18,331 bases of DNA from Candidatus Fervidifonticultor quintus. Its GTDB lineage: Bacteria; Sysuimicrobiota; Sysuimicrobiia; Sysuimicrobiales; Humicultoraceae. The stretch is from the NCBI GenBank assembly GCA_031459535.1, contig JAVKIJ010000067.1, forward strand, positions 1 through 18,331, in the 5' to 3' direction. Below, piece by piece: positions 1 to 8,265 of the stretch. Below the pieces are notes generated by a model. The model saw nothing but the letters and a program-made list of their open reading frames with translations. It did not search any database and was not told the origin of the DNA. Within the stretch, counting starts at the first letter, position 1; the number at the start of each line of letters is the position of its first letter. The position numbers and the translations under genes are program-made.

Positions 1-352
1 CCATCGGGCGCAGGAACCGATAGATCGTGACTGGGGCCAAGCGCCGGCTGCCGTGCTCGGGCCGGGCCAGCTGCGCGGCCAACCGGGCCGGCCCCCAGGT
101 CGGCCACGCCAGGGCCAGGGCCAGGATCGCCCGTTCGGTTTCGGCCCCCAGGCCCGAGGGCCGACCGCGTCGGGGCCCCTGGCGGCGGGGATGCAAGCCA
201 TCGGGGCCGTAGGCCACGTACCGTTTCCGCCAGCGGTAGAACAGGGTGCGGGAGATCCCGACCTCCCGACAGGCCTGGCTGACGTTCCCCAGCAGTTGCG
301 CGCGGGCCATCACACGGAGCCGGAAAGCGTGTACACTGTCGTCGAGGGTCAT
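1..352 (-). CDS. IS481-family transposase, N-terminal HTH part (partial, 3' end outside window)
   Basis: Hand translation from ATG 352: MTLDDSVHAFRLRVMARAQLLGNVSQACREVGISRTLFYRWRKRYVAYGPDGLHPRRQGPRRGRPS...WPTWGPARLAAQL...TIYRFLR. GNVSxACRxxGISRxxFYRWxxRY and WG-x-R-x-A are typical of IS481-type HTH regions. GGAGG ribosome-binding site upstream. Absent from the ORF track because it runs off the window. Confidence 0.88.
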   Translation of the reverse strand, partial: MTLDDSVHAFRLRVMARAQLLGNVSQACREVGISRTLFYRWRKRYVAYGPDGLHPRRQGPRRGRPSGLGAETERAILALALAWPTWGPARLAAQLARPEHGSRRLAPVTIYRFLRPM

Positions 353-425
353 GGGCGGTCCTCCCCGTCAACCCGGAAGGGGTTGGTTTCCAGCGGGAAG
401 GATTCGTCACATGGCCCTCCTTTAC

Positions 426-451
426 TGTCAACACTAATGCGAAACAGGACA
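426..451 (-). repeat. Putative left terminal inverted repeat of the IS481-family element
   Basis: 26 bp TGT...TGTTGACA segment about 75 bp upstream of the transposase start. Contains an inward-facing TTGACA (431..426). Partner repeat not visible. Confidence 0.6.
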
Positions 452-458
452 CCCTAGA

Positions 459-499
459 CAGGGCGGGCGACCCGTCAGCTGCCCGGGCCGCCCGCCCTG
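459..499 (-). terminator. 16-bp GC-rich stem-loop downstream of the family-5 SBP gene (terminator or mRNA-stabilising hairpin)
   Basis: Minus-strand RNA CAGGGCGGGCGGCCCG-(9 nt loop)-CGGGUCGCCCGCCCUG is fully paired with one G-U, 14 nt after the stop at 514. No U-tract follows (UCUAGGG, then the IS end). Confidence 0.65.
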
Positions 500-513
500 G
501 CTTGCAACAAAGG

Positions 514-2106
514 TCAGTCCTTGCTCAGCAGGAACGGCTGCACCCGGAACTGGTTGTTGAACACGTACCCCTTCACTGTCCGGCGTAGGGCCACCTGGGC
601 CACCGGCTGGATGAGCGGCACGAAGGGACTGTTCTCCACCAGGTACGCCTGGATCCTGTCCCAGATCTGCGCCCGCCGCCGCGGGTCGGTCTCCACCATG
701 GCCTGGTCCCGCAAGGATTTGATGAGGTCGTCGGCACGCTCGTCGGTCCACCCCGCCCGCTTGCCCACGATGCCGTTGGGCAGGAACGCCAGGCGGTCGT
801 TGATATCGGGGAAGTCGGCGCCCCACAGCCACAGGCCGAAGGCCTCGTTGCCGGCCCGGTAGTTGGCCAGGGTGGTCTGCAGGTCGCCCGGTTTCAAGCG
901 CACCCGGATGCCCACCTCGGCCAGGTCGGCCTGGATCTTGGGCGCCAGCAGGTCCATCTCCACCCCACTGCGTCCCAGCTTGGTGGCGTACTCCAGCTCG
1001 ATCTCAAACCCGTTGGGATATCCGGCCTCCGCCAACAGCTGCCTGGCCCGCGCCAGGTCCCGGCGTGGCGCGCGACTCTCGTCCCAGGCGCCCGCAAACC
1101 CCACCCCCACCAGGGTAGGCGGCGTGATCCCCACCCCTCCCGCCAGCTCCTTGATGCCCTGGTAGTCGATGGCGTAACGGATGGCCTGCACGACCTTGGG
1201 GTTGCTCATGACCCCGCCCGACACGGCAGGGTTGCGGTTGGCCAGGAGGAAGAACAGGTCGGTAGTCGGGCCGCGGACGATCTGCACGGCAGGGTTGGCG
1301 GCCAGAGCCCGGGCCTGCTCGGCGTTCAGCTCCAGGGCGATGTCGATGTCCCCGGCCTCCAGAGCCAGCTTCTGGGTCGCCGACTGTGGCAGGTGGCGGA
1401 AAATGACTCGGTCCAGCCTGGGAGGACCGCCCCAGTAGTTCCCATGACGCTCCACCACCACCTCCGACTCGCGCACCCATCGTCGCAGGATGAACGGACC
1501 CGTGCCCGCCGAGTTCTGGTCCAGCCACCGCTGGGCCTGGTCCCGCTCCCTGGCGTCCGGGCCGCTGACGCCCCCGCGGGCCTGGACGGTCTTGCTGTCC
1601 AGCACCGCGAAGGCGCCGAAGGTCATCTTGGCCAGCAGGGCCGGGTCGGGCTGGGTCAGCCGGACCACCACAGTCCGGGGGTCCCGCACTTCCACAGCCT
1701 GAATGGTGTCGAACAGAAACGACGGGTTGCCCCGGATCCCCCGGACCCGGTCGTAGGACCACTTGACATCCTGGGCGCTCACCTCGTTGCCGGACACAAA
1801 CCGTACCCCCCGGCGTAGGGTGAAGACGTAGGTCTTCCCGTCGGGGGTCACGCGCCAGCGCTCTGCCAGGTCCGGCACAATGGTCCCGATGTCGCCCGGC
1901 GCCAGGGTCACCAGGGTGTTGTACGTGGCCTTGTGGACTAGGCCACCAACGATCTCGTAGCCGCGCGCCGGATCCAGGGTGGTCTGGTCGTGACCGACAC
2001 CCACCACCAGGGTCCGCGGCGCCGGGGCCGACACCGCAGGGTACGACGCCGCCGCGGCCATGACCGCCAGTACCAGCCCTCCCGCCAGCCAGCCGTGGAG
2101 CCTCAT
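514..2106 (-). CDS. ABC transporter substrate-binding protein, family 5 (DppA/OppA/NikA-like)
   Basis: Sec-type signal peptide MRLHGWLAGGLVLAVMAAAASYPAVSA. Family motifs TLDPA, PDLAERWRVTPDGKTYVFTLRRGVRF, DVKWSYDR, AGTGPF, ARQLLAEAGYPNG, IQADLAEVGI. ATG 2106 preferred to the ORF-track start 2142 because GGAGG lies 6 nt upstream. Confidence 0.93.
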   Translation of the reverse strand: MRLHGWLAGGLVLAVMAAAASYPAVSAPAPRTLVVGVGHDQTTLDPARGYEIVGGLVHKATYNTLVTLAPGDIGTIVPDLAERWRVTPDGKTYVFTLRRGVRFVSGNEVSAQDVKWSYDRVRGIRGNPSFLFDTIQAVEVRDPRTVVVRLTQPDPALLAKMTFGAFAVLDSKTVQARGGVSGPDARERDQAQRWLDQNSAGTGPFILRRWVRESEVVVERHGNYWGGPPRLDRVIFRHLPQSATQKLALEAGDIDIALELNAEQARALAANPAVQIVRGPTTDLFFLLANRNPAVSGGVMSNPKVVQAIRYAIDYQGIKELAGGVGITPPTLVGVGFAGAWDESRAPRRDLARARQLLAEAGYPNGFEIELEYATKLGRSGVEMDLLAPKIQADLAEVGIRVRLKPGDLQTTLANYRAGNEAFGLWLWGADFPDINDRLAFLPNGIVGKRAGWTDERADDLIKSLRDQAMVETDPRRRAQIWDRIQAYLVENSPFVPLIQPVAQVALRRTVKGYVFNNQFRVQPFLLSKD

Positions 2107-2122
2107 CGGACGCCTCCAATTT

Positions 2123-2139
2123 GCAAAACGGAGTTTCAT
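2123..2139 (-). promoter_or_regulatory. Putative IclR/KdgR-like operator box 1 (ATGAAACTCCGTTTTGC)
   Basis: AT-rich imperfect palindrome between the putative promoter and the RBS of the SBP gene; 13/17 identical to the box at 4273..4289. Confidence 0.6.
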
Positions 2140-2169
2140 CACTCAGCTGCTCGTGATGTGGGAAAGGTA

Positions 2170-2197
2170 GTTCTCTGCCCCCGCGGCGAACTCCTCC
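2170..2197 (-). promoter_or_regulatory. Putative SigH-like promoter for the family-5 SBP gene
   Basis: Minus strand GGAGGAGTT-N12-AGAGAAC, close to the Bacillus SigH consensus RNAGGAWWW-N11/12-RNNGAAT; same architecture as 4231..4257. Confidence 0.45.
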
Positions 2198-2297
2198 CCC
2201 GCCGGGGCCGGCGCCCGGGCGGGAAGACCGTCACGCCGCTCCGGTGGCCGGGAGTCAGGGCCGCTCTTGGTGGCGGAGCCTAAGCAGGAGGCGAGCG

Positions 2298-3308
2298 GTG
2301 ACCCGGATCACAGTCAGCGTCCGTCTGAACAACGATATCCCCGCCTCGCTTCTGGGGGAGATCGCCGTCGCCGCCGAGAGGGCGGGGTTCGATCAGCTGT
2401 GGGTCTCCCACGACCTGTTCTTGCGGTGCGCGCCGGCCCTGCTGGCCTGTTTGGCCACCCGCACCGCCACCTTGGACCTCGGGGTCGCGATCCTGAACCC
2501 TTACTCCCTGCACCCGGCCGAAATCGCCATGGCCGCCGCCACACTCCAGGAAATTTCCGGCGGCGGGTTCAGGCCGGGGCGAGGCGCGGGCGCCCGGGAA
2601 TTTCTGGGGTGGGCCGGGATCTCCCGGACACGTCCGTGGCAGCGGACCCGGGAGGCCGTACTGGCTGTGCGTGCGCTGCTGCAGCGTGACAGGCCCGCCC
2701 GCATCCCCGGAGCAATGATCCGGCTGGCACGAGGAGGGGCTACCTGCGGTTTCCCGCGCCGGCGGACGTCCCCCTCTACCTGGGTCGCATGAGCCCCCCG
2801 GATGCTGGCCCTGGCCGGGGAGGTGGCTGACGGCGCGCTGCCTCTTCTATTTCCGCCCGAGCACTTCCCCCCGGCCCTGGGTCAGATCCGCGACGGCGCA
2901 CGGCGCGCCGGGAGAGGCCCGCAGCATCTGGGCTTTGCGGCCTGCGTGTGGTGCTCGGTGGACGATGACCCTGTCGCCGCCCGCCATGGGCTAGCCCGCA
3001 AGATCGCCTACTACGGCTCCTCGTTTGCGCCCTACCTGTTGCGCCGGGCGGGCATCGACCCGCAGGAATTCATCCCGGTGCGGGAGGCCATAGGGCGAGG
3101 AGACCTGGACGAAGCCTGCCGAAATGTCACCCCGGCCATGCTGGCCCTGGGCCTCGCGGGGGGCCCGGACGAGGTGCTCCGGCGGTACCGGTGGCTTCTG
3201 GCCGCTGGGGTAACCCATGTATCCTTGGGCCCGCCGCTGGGACCGGACCCCCTGCGGACCGTGAAGGTCCTGGGCGCAGAAGTGTTACCGGCTCTGCGCG
3301 CGTCCTGA
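2298..3308 (+). pseudogene. LLM-class flavin-dependent oxidoreductase (Mer-like), disrupted by frameshifts at about 2710-2800
   Basis: AGGAGG RBS then GTG 2298. The N-half (AERAGFDQLWVSHDLF, ILNPYSLHPAEIAMAAATLQEISGG) and C-half (RMLALAGEVADG...SLGPPLGPD) are in the same frame but separated by TGA 2790-2792. The linking conserved segment YLRFPAPADVPLYLGRMSP is in another frame (from 2741), so at least two compensating indels are needed, one in the C6 run at 2794-2799. Confidence 0.82.
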
Positions 3309-4124
3309 TGCCCCCACCTCCAGGGCGGGAGCCTGGTCGACCGTCCGCCCGGGCGCGATCGGCTCGCCCATCGCCCTGCTGATCGCCGCGGATGCCTCCA
3401 GCAGGTCGGACGCCACCGCCCGGATCATCTGGTCGGTAAGGTCCAAAATGGACCCGGACAGGCTGAGGGCGGCCACCACCCGGCCACGGTGGTCCCGCAG
3501 GGGCACCCCCACGCAACGAACATTGGGGATGGACTCCTGGTCGTCCACCGCGTAGCCCCGGGCGCGGACGGCGGCCAGCTGGCGCTTCAGATCAGTGGGG
3601 TCGGTGATGGTGAACTCGGTCATCCGCGGCAGGCCCCGGCGGGCAAGAATGCGGTCCACCTCCCGGTCGTCCAGCCCGGACAGCAGCGCCTTGCCCAGAG
3701 ACGTGCAGTGGGCGGCAAAGCGGCTGCCCACCGAGAATTGCACCCGCAGGGCCCGCTTGGGCTCCACGATGGCGATATAGACGATCTGCCCGTCGTCCAG
3801 CACGGCCAGGTTGGCCGTCAGACCCCAGCGGTCCACCAGACGCTCCATCCAGGGGCGGGCCAGCCGCTCCACGTTCAGCTGGGTGACGTAGTAGACACTG
3901 CCCAGCTCGAAGACCTTAAGCCCCAGCTGGTAGGTGCCGACGGCCGTCTGGCGGATGAAACCCAATGACTCCAGGCACCGCAGCATGCGCACCAGGGTGG
4001 CCTTGTGCAAACGGGTCTTGGCCGCCAGCCGGGACAGAGACATCTCCGGTTCTGCCGCTGTGAAGCTGGTGAGTACGTGTAACGCCCGCTGGACCGCGCG
4101 GATCTGGTAGTTGGGTCTGGCCAT
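3285..4124 (-). CDS. IclR-family transcriptional regulator
   Basis: N-terminal HTH (AVQRALHVL...LSRLAAKTRLHKATLVRMLRCL...YQLG) and IclR effector-domain motifs HCTSLGKALL, VRARGYAVDDQE, CVGVPLRD...VAALSLSG. GGAGG RBS upstream. Confidence 0.95.
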   Translation of the reverse strand: MARPNYQIRAVQRALHVLTSFTAAEPEMSLSRLAAKTRLHKATLVRMLRCLESLGFIRQTAVGTYQLGLKVFELGSVYYVTQLNVERLARPWMERLVDRWGLTANLAVLDDGQIVYIAIVEPKRALRVQFSVGSRFAAHCTSLGKALLSGLDDREVDRILARRGLPRMTEFTITDPTDLKRQLAAVRARGYAVDDQESIPNVRCVGVPLRDHRGRVVAALSLSGSILDLTDQMIRAVASDLLEASAAISRAMGEPIAPGRTVDQAPALEVGASGRAQSR

Positions 4125-4230
4125 CGCGTCCTCCCCCCGGGATGGTTTACCCAGTCTAACAGTTTGCGTGAGGGCATCACAACTCCTCTTCCCTCAGAGA
4201 TCCCGCCCTCTTGAGAGAAAAGGCGGCCGG

Positions 4231-4257
4231 GCAGGAATCTGCGCCCGGGGATAGAAT
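4231..4257 (+). promoter_or_regulatory. Putative SigH-like promoter for the + strand catabolic operon
   Basis: GCAGGAATC-N11-ATAGAAT, a near-perfect match to RNAGGAWWW-N11/12-RNNGAAT, followed by an AT-rich start region. Confidence 0.55.
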
Positions 4258-4267
4258 AGGTTAAATT

Positions 4268-4287
4268 AAATCGTGAAATCACGTTTT
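4268..4287 (+). promoter_or_regulatory. Putative IclR/KdgR-like operator box 2 (palindrome AAATCGTGAAATCACGTTTT; overlaps the shared 17-mer at 4273..4289)
   Basis: 16/20 palindromic, immediately downstream of the putative -10 element and divergent from iclR. GTGAAATCACGTTTTGC matches box 1 at 13/17. Confidence 0.65.
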
Positions 4288-4290
4288 GCG

Positions 4291-5244
4291 ATGGAGATAG
4301 GTGTTTGTCTTCCCACTTTCCCCTTCGGCGCCTCTCCCACCCGCGAGCGGATCCTGGAAGTTGCCAGGGCGGCCGAAGAGATGGGTTACGACTCGGTGTG
4401 GGCCAGTGACCACCTGCTTCCCCCCGCCAACCGGCCACGCTACGGCACGCTGTTCGAATGCCTGACGACCCTGGCCTATGTCGCGGGCCAGACCCGGCGA
4501 GTCCGGCTAGGCACGTCTGTCCTCGTCCTGCCCTTGCGTCATGCCGTTGAGGTGGCCAAACAGGTGGCCACACTGGACGCCCTGTCTGGAGGGCGGGTCA
4601 TCCTGGGCGTGGGCGCGGGCTGGATTCCAGAAGAATTCGCGGCTCTGGGGGCGGATTTCCGCCATCGCGGTCGGCACCTGGATGAGGCTATCCGCGTCCT
4701 GCGACTACTATGGAGTGAGCCCCGGCCGTCGTTTGCTGGCACATTCTATCAGTTTAGAGACGTGCTGTTCGGACCCCTCCCGGTCCAGCCGGGAGGTCCG
4801 CCCATCTGGGTGGGCGGGTACACCGACGCGGCTCTGCGGCGGGCGGCGCGGCTGGGCGATGCCTGGCACGGCGACGACGTCGCCGGAGCCCAGCTGGCCT
4901 CTATGGTCGCACGGCTGCGGGTGCTGGCCGCCCGGGAGGGACGTACCGTGGGCGTCACCCTGCGACGCACGGTCGACCTGCGCCCGCTGCTGGCCGCGGA
5001 GCGGCTGGCGTCCGCGGGGGTCCAGGACGGGCGCTTCCCCACACCTACGGCCGGCGCCTTAACCGGCTCCGCCGACGAGGTGGCGGCAGGAGTGCGGGAG
5101 GCTCTGCGGGCCGGCGTGGATCACTTTATCTGCCAGTTCGAGCACGCCACGTCCGACGAGCACCTGGCCTCCATGCGCGTCTTTCAGCAGGAGATCGTCG
5201 ACCGCATCCGTTCCGAGACCATCCAGGAAGGAGGCCGGCGATGA
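4291..5244 (+). CDS. LLM-class oxidoreductase, probably F420-dependent (Rv2161c-like)
   Basis: AEEMGYDSVWASDHLL, RVRLGTSVLVLPLRHAVEVAKQVATLDALSGGRVILGVGAGW..EEF, PPIWVGGYTDAALRRAARLGDAWH. ATG 4291 (MEIGVCLP) matches the usual domain start; GTG 4273 lies inside the operator. The cofactor is inferred. Confidence 0.9.
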   Translation: MEIGVCLPTFPFGASPTRERILEVARAAEEMGYDSVWASDHLLPPANRPRYGTLFECLTTLAYVAGQTRRVRLGTSVLVLPLRHAVEVAKQVATLDALSGGRVILGVGAGWIPEEFAALGADFRHRGRHLDEAIRVLRLLWSEPRPSFAGTFYQFRDVLFGPLPVQPGGPPIWVGGYTDAALRRAARLGDAWHGDDVAGAQLASMVARLRVLAAREGRTVGVTLRRTVDLRPLLAAERLASAGVQDGRFPTPTAGALTGSADEVAAGVREALRAGVDHFICQFEHATSDEHLASMRVFQQEIVDRIRSETIQEGGRR

Positions 5245-5567
5245 CCCCACGCCCGCTGCTGGTGGTCCGCCTGCGGGTGGATCCGGCGCAGGAGGAGGAG
5301 TTTAACCGCTGGTACCATCGCGATTACCTGGACACCCTGGCACCCGTGGCGCCCCTGTTCACGCGCATCACCCGGTACGTGTCCCGGGACGGAGACGACC
5401 GAATTTACCTGACCGTCTACGAGATCGCCGACGCGGCCTCCGTCGACCGGGCGCTGGCCGTCTTCGACCGACCCGACCGGCAGGAGCACCGGCGGCAGTG
5501 GAAGGCGTGGGAGCAACGGGCGGTGAGGGAGATCGACGCCCGCGTGTATGTGCCCGTCTACCCCTAA
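5241..5567 (+). CDS. EthD/DUF4286-like dimeric alpha+beta barrel protein
   Basis: 108 aa; LLVVRLRVDPAQEEEFNRWY and YLTVYEI motifs; ATGA overlap with the upstream gene and GGAGG RBS. Confidence 0.75.
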   Translation: MTPRPLLVVRLRVDPAQEEEFNRWYHRDYLDTLAPVAPLFTRITRYVSRDGDDRIYLTVYEIADAASVDRALAVFDRPDRQEHRRQWKAWEQRAVREIDARVYVPVYP

Positions 5568-5577
5568 GGAGGGGGCT

Positions 5578-6738
5578 GTGGGTCTCAAGCCTCTCGCGCA
5601 GACTCCCCTGCGGATGCCAGGGTCCGGCATCCGGGAGGTCGTCCATCTGGCTCTCACTTTGCCCGGGACGATCCGGTTGGAAGTGGGCGAGCCGGACTTC
5701 CCCACACCGCCCCACATTGTGGAGGCGGCTGTCCGCGCCGCCCGGGAGGGGTTTACCCGATACACTCCCAGCGCAGGCCTGGCGTCTTTGCGGGAACTGA
5801 TCGCCGCCCGGTACGGGGACCGGCGGGGACATCCCCTGCATCGGGACCAGGTGACCGTAACGGTCGGGGGCGTGCAGGGGATGACGGCGGCCTTCATCGC
5901 CATCCTCGATCCCGGAGACGAAGTTTTGGTTCCCGACCCGGGATGGCCCAACTACGCCATGGCGGCCCGTCTGCGGGAGGCTACCCCAGTGGGTTACCCT
6001 CTGCGAGCCCAGGATAAGTTCCTTCCACGTCTGGAGGACCTGGACGCCCGGGTGTCCCCGCGGACCAAGATGCTGGTCCTCAACAGCCCCGCCAATCCCA
6101 CGGGCGCCGTCTTTCCGCCGGACCGGGTGAGGGATCTGGTGGGGTTCGCCCGCCGTCACCGCCTGTACGTCCTGGCCGACGAGGTCTATGAGGATCTGGT
6201 GTACGAGGGCGCTCACGTCAGCCCCGCGCGGTGGGACCCGGAGCGGGTGATCAGCGTGCACAGCCTGAGCAAGACGTATGCCATGACCGGATGGCGGGTA
6301 GGATTCGTGATCGCCAGCGAGGCCATCTCGCGGGTGATCGCCAAGATCCAGGAGCCGCTCGTCTCCTGTGTCTCCGCCGTTACCCAGAAAGCGGCCGAAG
6401 CCGCCCTGGAGGGACCCCAGGAGTGTGTGGCACAGATGCGGGAGGCCTACCGCACCAGGCGCGATGCGGTGATAGAGATCCTGCGAGTCCATGGCATGCA
6501 CCGGTACACCCCGGCGGGCGCCTTTTATCTCCTCGTGGACATCCGCAGCAGCGGACTGCCGTCTCGGGAGTTCGCCCTGCGATTGCTGCGTGAGCGCCGG
6601 GTGGCGGTGGCTCCCGGCAGCGCGTTCGGTGAGGAGGCCGACGGGTGGGTACGGGTGTCTCTGTCCAGCAGCCTGGACGACCTGCGGGAGGGGGTGAAGC
6701 GCTTGTGCGCCTTCGCCGCTGCGGCTGTATCCGGGTAG
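5578..6738 (+). CDS. PLP-dependent aminotransferase class I/II (aspartate aminotransferase-like)
   Basis: GEPDFPTP, YTPSAGL, NSPANPTG, DEVY, PLP-lysine motif SLSKTYAMTGWRVG, GAFY, VAPGSAFG. AAGGAGG RBS before GTG 5578. Confidence 0.93.
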   Translation: MGLKPLAQTPLRMPGSGIREVVHLALTLPGTIRLEVGEPDFPTPPHIVEAAVRAAREGFTRYTPSAGLASLRELIAARYGDRRGHPLHRDQVTVTVGGVQGMTAAFIAILDPGDEVLVPDPGWPNYAMAARLREATPVGYPLRAQDKFLPRLEDLDARVSPRTKMLVLNSPANPTGAVFPPDRVRDLVGFARRHRLYVLADEVYEDLVYEGAHVSPARWDPERVISVHSLSKTYAMTGWRVGFVIASEAISRVIAKIQEPLVSCVSAVTQKAAEAALEGPQECVAQMREAYRTRRDAVIEILRVHGMHRYTPAGAFYLLVDIRSSGLPSREFALRLLRERRVAVAPGSAFGEEADGWVRVSLSSSLDDLREGVKRLCAFAAAAVSG

Positions 6739-6742
6739 CGGC

Positions 6743-7516
6743 GTGGGCCGCAGGGTGCGGCAGGTGAGGCTGAGGGGCCGCGTGGCCGTCGTGACGGGTG
6801 CGGCGTCCGGCATCGGGCAGGCCACGGCCATCCGTTACGCTCGCGAAGGGGCGGCGGTGGTGGCCGCCGATATCAATGGGCCAGGGGTGCAGAAGACAGC
6901 CGCGTCCATTGCGGCCGCGGGCGGTCAGGCCCGGGCGGCAACCGTCGACGTGACTCAGGCCTCGCAGGTGGCCGACTTGGTGGCGGACGCCCTGGCCGTA
7001 TTTGGACAAATCGACATCCTGGTCAACGCCGCCGGGATCGAAACCCTGGTGCCCTTTCTGGAGCTCTCGGAGGCCGAGTGGACTCGCGTGCTGGCAACTA
7101 ATCTCACGGGGCCGTTTCTGTGCGGCCAAGCGGCGGCGCAGGCGATGGTCCGCACGGGCCGCGGAGGACGGATCATCAACATCACGTCCATCAACGCCGA
7201 GGTGGTCCTCCCCCATCAGGCTCACTACGCCGCCAGCAAGGGGGGTCTGCGGATGCTCACCAGAGCCATGGCCGTGGAGCTGGCTCCCCACGGGATCACC
7301 GTGAACGCCATCGCCCCCGGCGCGGTGGACACACCCCTGATAGCCCGCTCGCTGGCCGATCCGGTCCGGCGGGAGATGCTGCTGCGCCACATCCCCCTGG
7401 GCCGCGTGGCGCGGCCCGAGGAGATCGCCTCCGCCGCCGCCTTCCTGGCCTCGGAGGAGGCCGCCTACATCACCGGCGCCACCCTGGTGGTGGACGGGGG
7501 GTGGCTGATCACCTAG
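6743..7516 (+). CDS. Short-chain dehydrogenase/reductase (classical SDR, likely NAD-dependent)
   Basis: [11 protein letters not shown] at the end of beta2, [27 protein letters not shown]. The start may instead be GTG 6764. Confidence 0.93.
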   Translation: MGRRVRQVRLRGRVAVVTGAASGIGQATAIRYAREGAAVVAADINGPGVQKTAASIAAAGGQARAATVDVTQASQVADLVADALAVFGQIDILVNAAGIETLVPFLELSEAEWTRVLATNLTGPFLCGQAAAQAMVRTGRGGRIINITSINAEVVLPHQAHYAASKGGLRMLTRAMAVELAPHGITVNAIAPGAVDTPLIARSLADPVRREMLLRHIPLGRVARPEEIASAAAFLASEEAAYITGATLVVDGGWLIT

Positions 7517-7518
7517 CC

Positions 7519-8265
7519 GTGGAGGAGATCCTGCGGGTCGAGAACCTGCACAAGCGGTTCGGCGATGTGCCCGTGCTGCGGGGCATCACCCTGCAAGTGC
7601 GTCAGGGCGAGCACGTGGTGATCTTCGGCCCCAGCGGGTCGGGCAAGAGCACCCTGCTGCGGTGCCTGAACCTCCTGGAAGAGCCGCAGGAAGGCCGCCT
7701 GGTATTTCTGGATCGTGAGTACGGCCCCGGAGCGCGGCCCGACTCGCCGCGAGCGGACCCCCGCTTCCTGCGGACTCACATCGGCATGGTGTTCCAGCAG
7801 TTCAACCTCTTCCCTCACCTGACCGTGCTGGACAACGTCACCCTGGCCCTGCGGCGGGTGAAGGGGCTTCGGCGGCCCGAGGCGGAGGAGCTAGCCCTGG
7901 CCCAGCTCCGAGCCGTGGGGCTGGCCGATAAGGCCCGGGCCTATCCGTCGACCCTGTCGGGCGGCCAGCAGCAACGGGTGGCCATCGCCCGGGCATTGGT
8001 GATGCAGCCCCGGCTGATGCTGTTCGACGAGCCCACCTCCGCCCTGGACCCCGAACTGGTGGGCGAGGTGCTGGCGGTCATGGAGCGACTGGCCGAGCAG
8101 GGGATGACCATGGTGGTAGTCACCCACGAGATGGGGTTCGCCCGTACTGTCGGCGACCAGCTGGTGTTCCTGGACCAGGGCGTGATCGTGGAGTCCGGGG
8201 GACCGGAGATCCTGCGGAATCCGTCCAACCCGCGGACCCAGGCGTTTCTGCGGGCCGTCCTGTGA
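7519..8265 (+). CDS. Polar amino-acid ABC transporter ATP-binding protein (GlnQ/HisP-like)
   Basis: Walker [20 protein letters not shown], signature [15 protein letters not shown], Walker [26 protein letters not shown] 7519 is 2 nt after the SDR stop; the ORF-track start 7120 lies inside the SDR. Confidence 0.95.
   Translation: MEEILRVENLHKRFGDVPVLRGITLQVRQGEHVVIFGPSGSGKSTLLRCLNLLEEPQEGRLVFLDREYGPGARPDSPRADPRFLRTHIGMVFQQFNLFPHLTVLDNVTLALRRVKGLRRPEAEELALAQLRAVGLADKARAYPSTLSGGQQQRVAIARALVMQPRLMLFDEPTSALDPELVGEVLAVMERLAEQGMTMVVVTHEMGFARTVGDQLVFLDQGVIVESGGPEILRNPSNPRTQAFLRAVL

Larger units (their letters stand above)
1..451 (-). mobile_element. IS481-family insertion sequence, left end (truncated by window start)
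   Basis: Transposase N-terminus at 352..1. Putative terminal repeat 5'-TGTCCTGTTTCGCATTAGTGTTGACA-3' on the minus strand at 451..426 begins with TGT, as IS481-family ends do. The right end lies outside the window, so the inverted repeat cannot be confirmed; an alternative TGT end at 460 is possible. Confidence 0.8.

Noticed and set aside
53..457. 134-aa plus-strand ORF at the window start
   Set aside because: Antisense to the IS481 transposase, which has clear motifs and an RBS.
2198..2223. 11-bp GC hairpin (one mismatch) in the divergent intergenic region
   Set aside because: Entirely G/C and likely by chance at this GC content; no riboswitch or terminator features recognised.
5368..6831. 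487-aa minus-strand ORF
   Set aside because: Antisense shadow of the aminotransferase; no recognisable motifs; long shadow ORFs are expected at this GC content.
7120..7518. Apparent 133-aa N-terminal extension on the ABC ATPase
   Set aside because: It overlaps the SDR in another frame; the real start is GTG 7519, so this is not a fusion.
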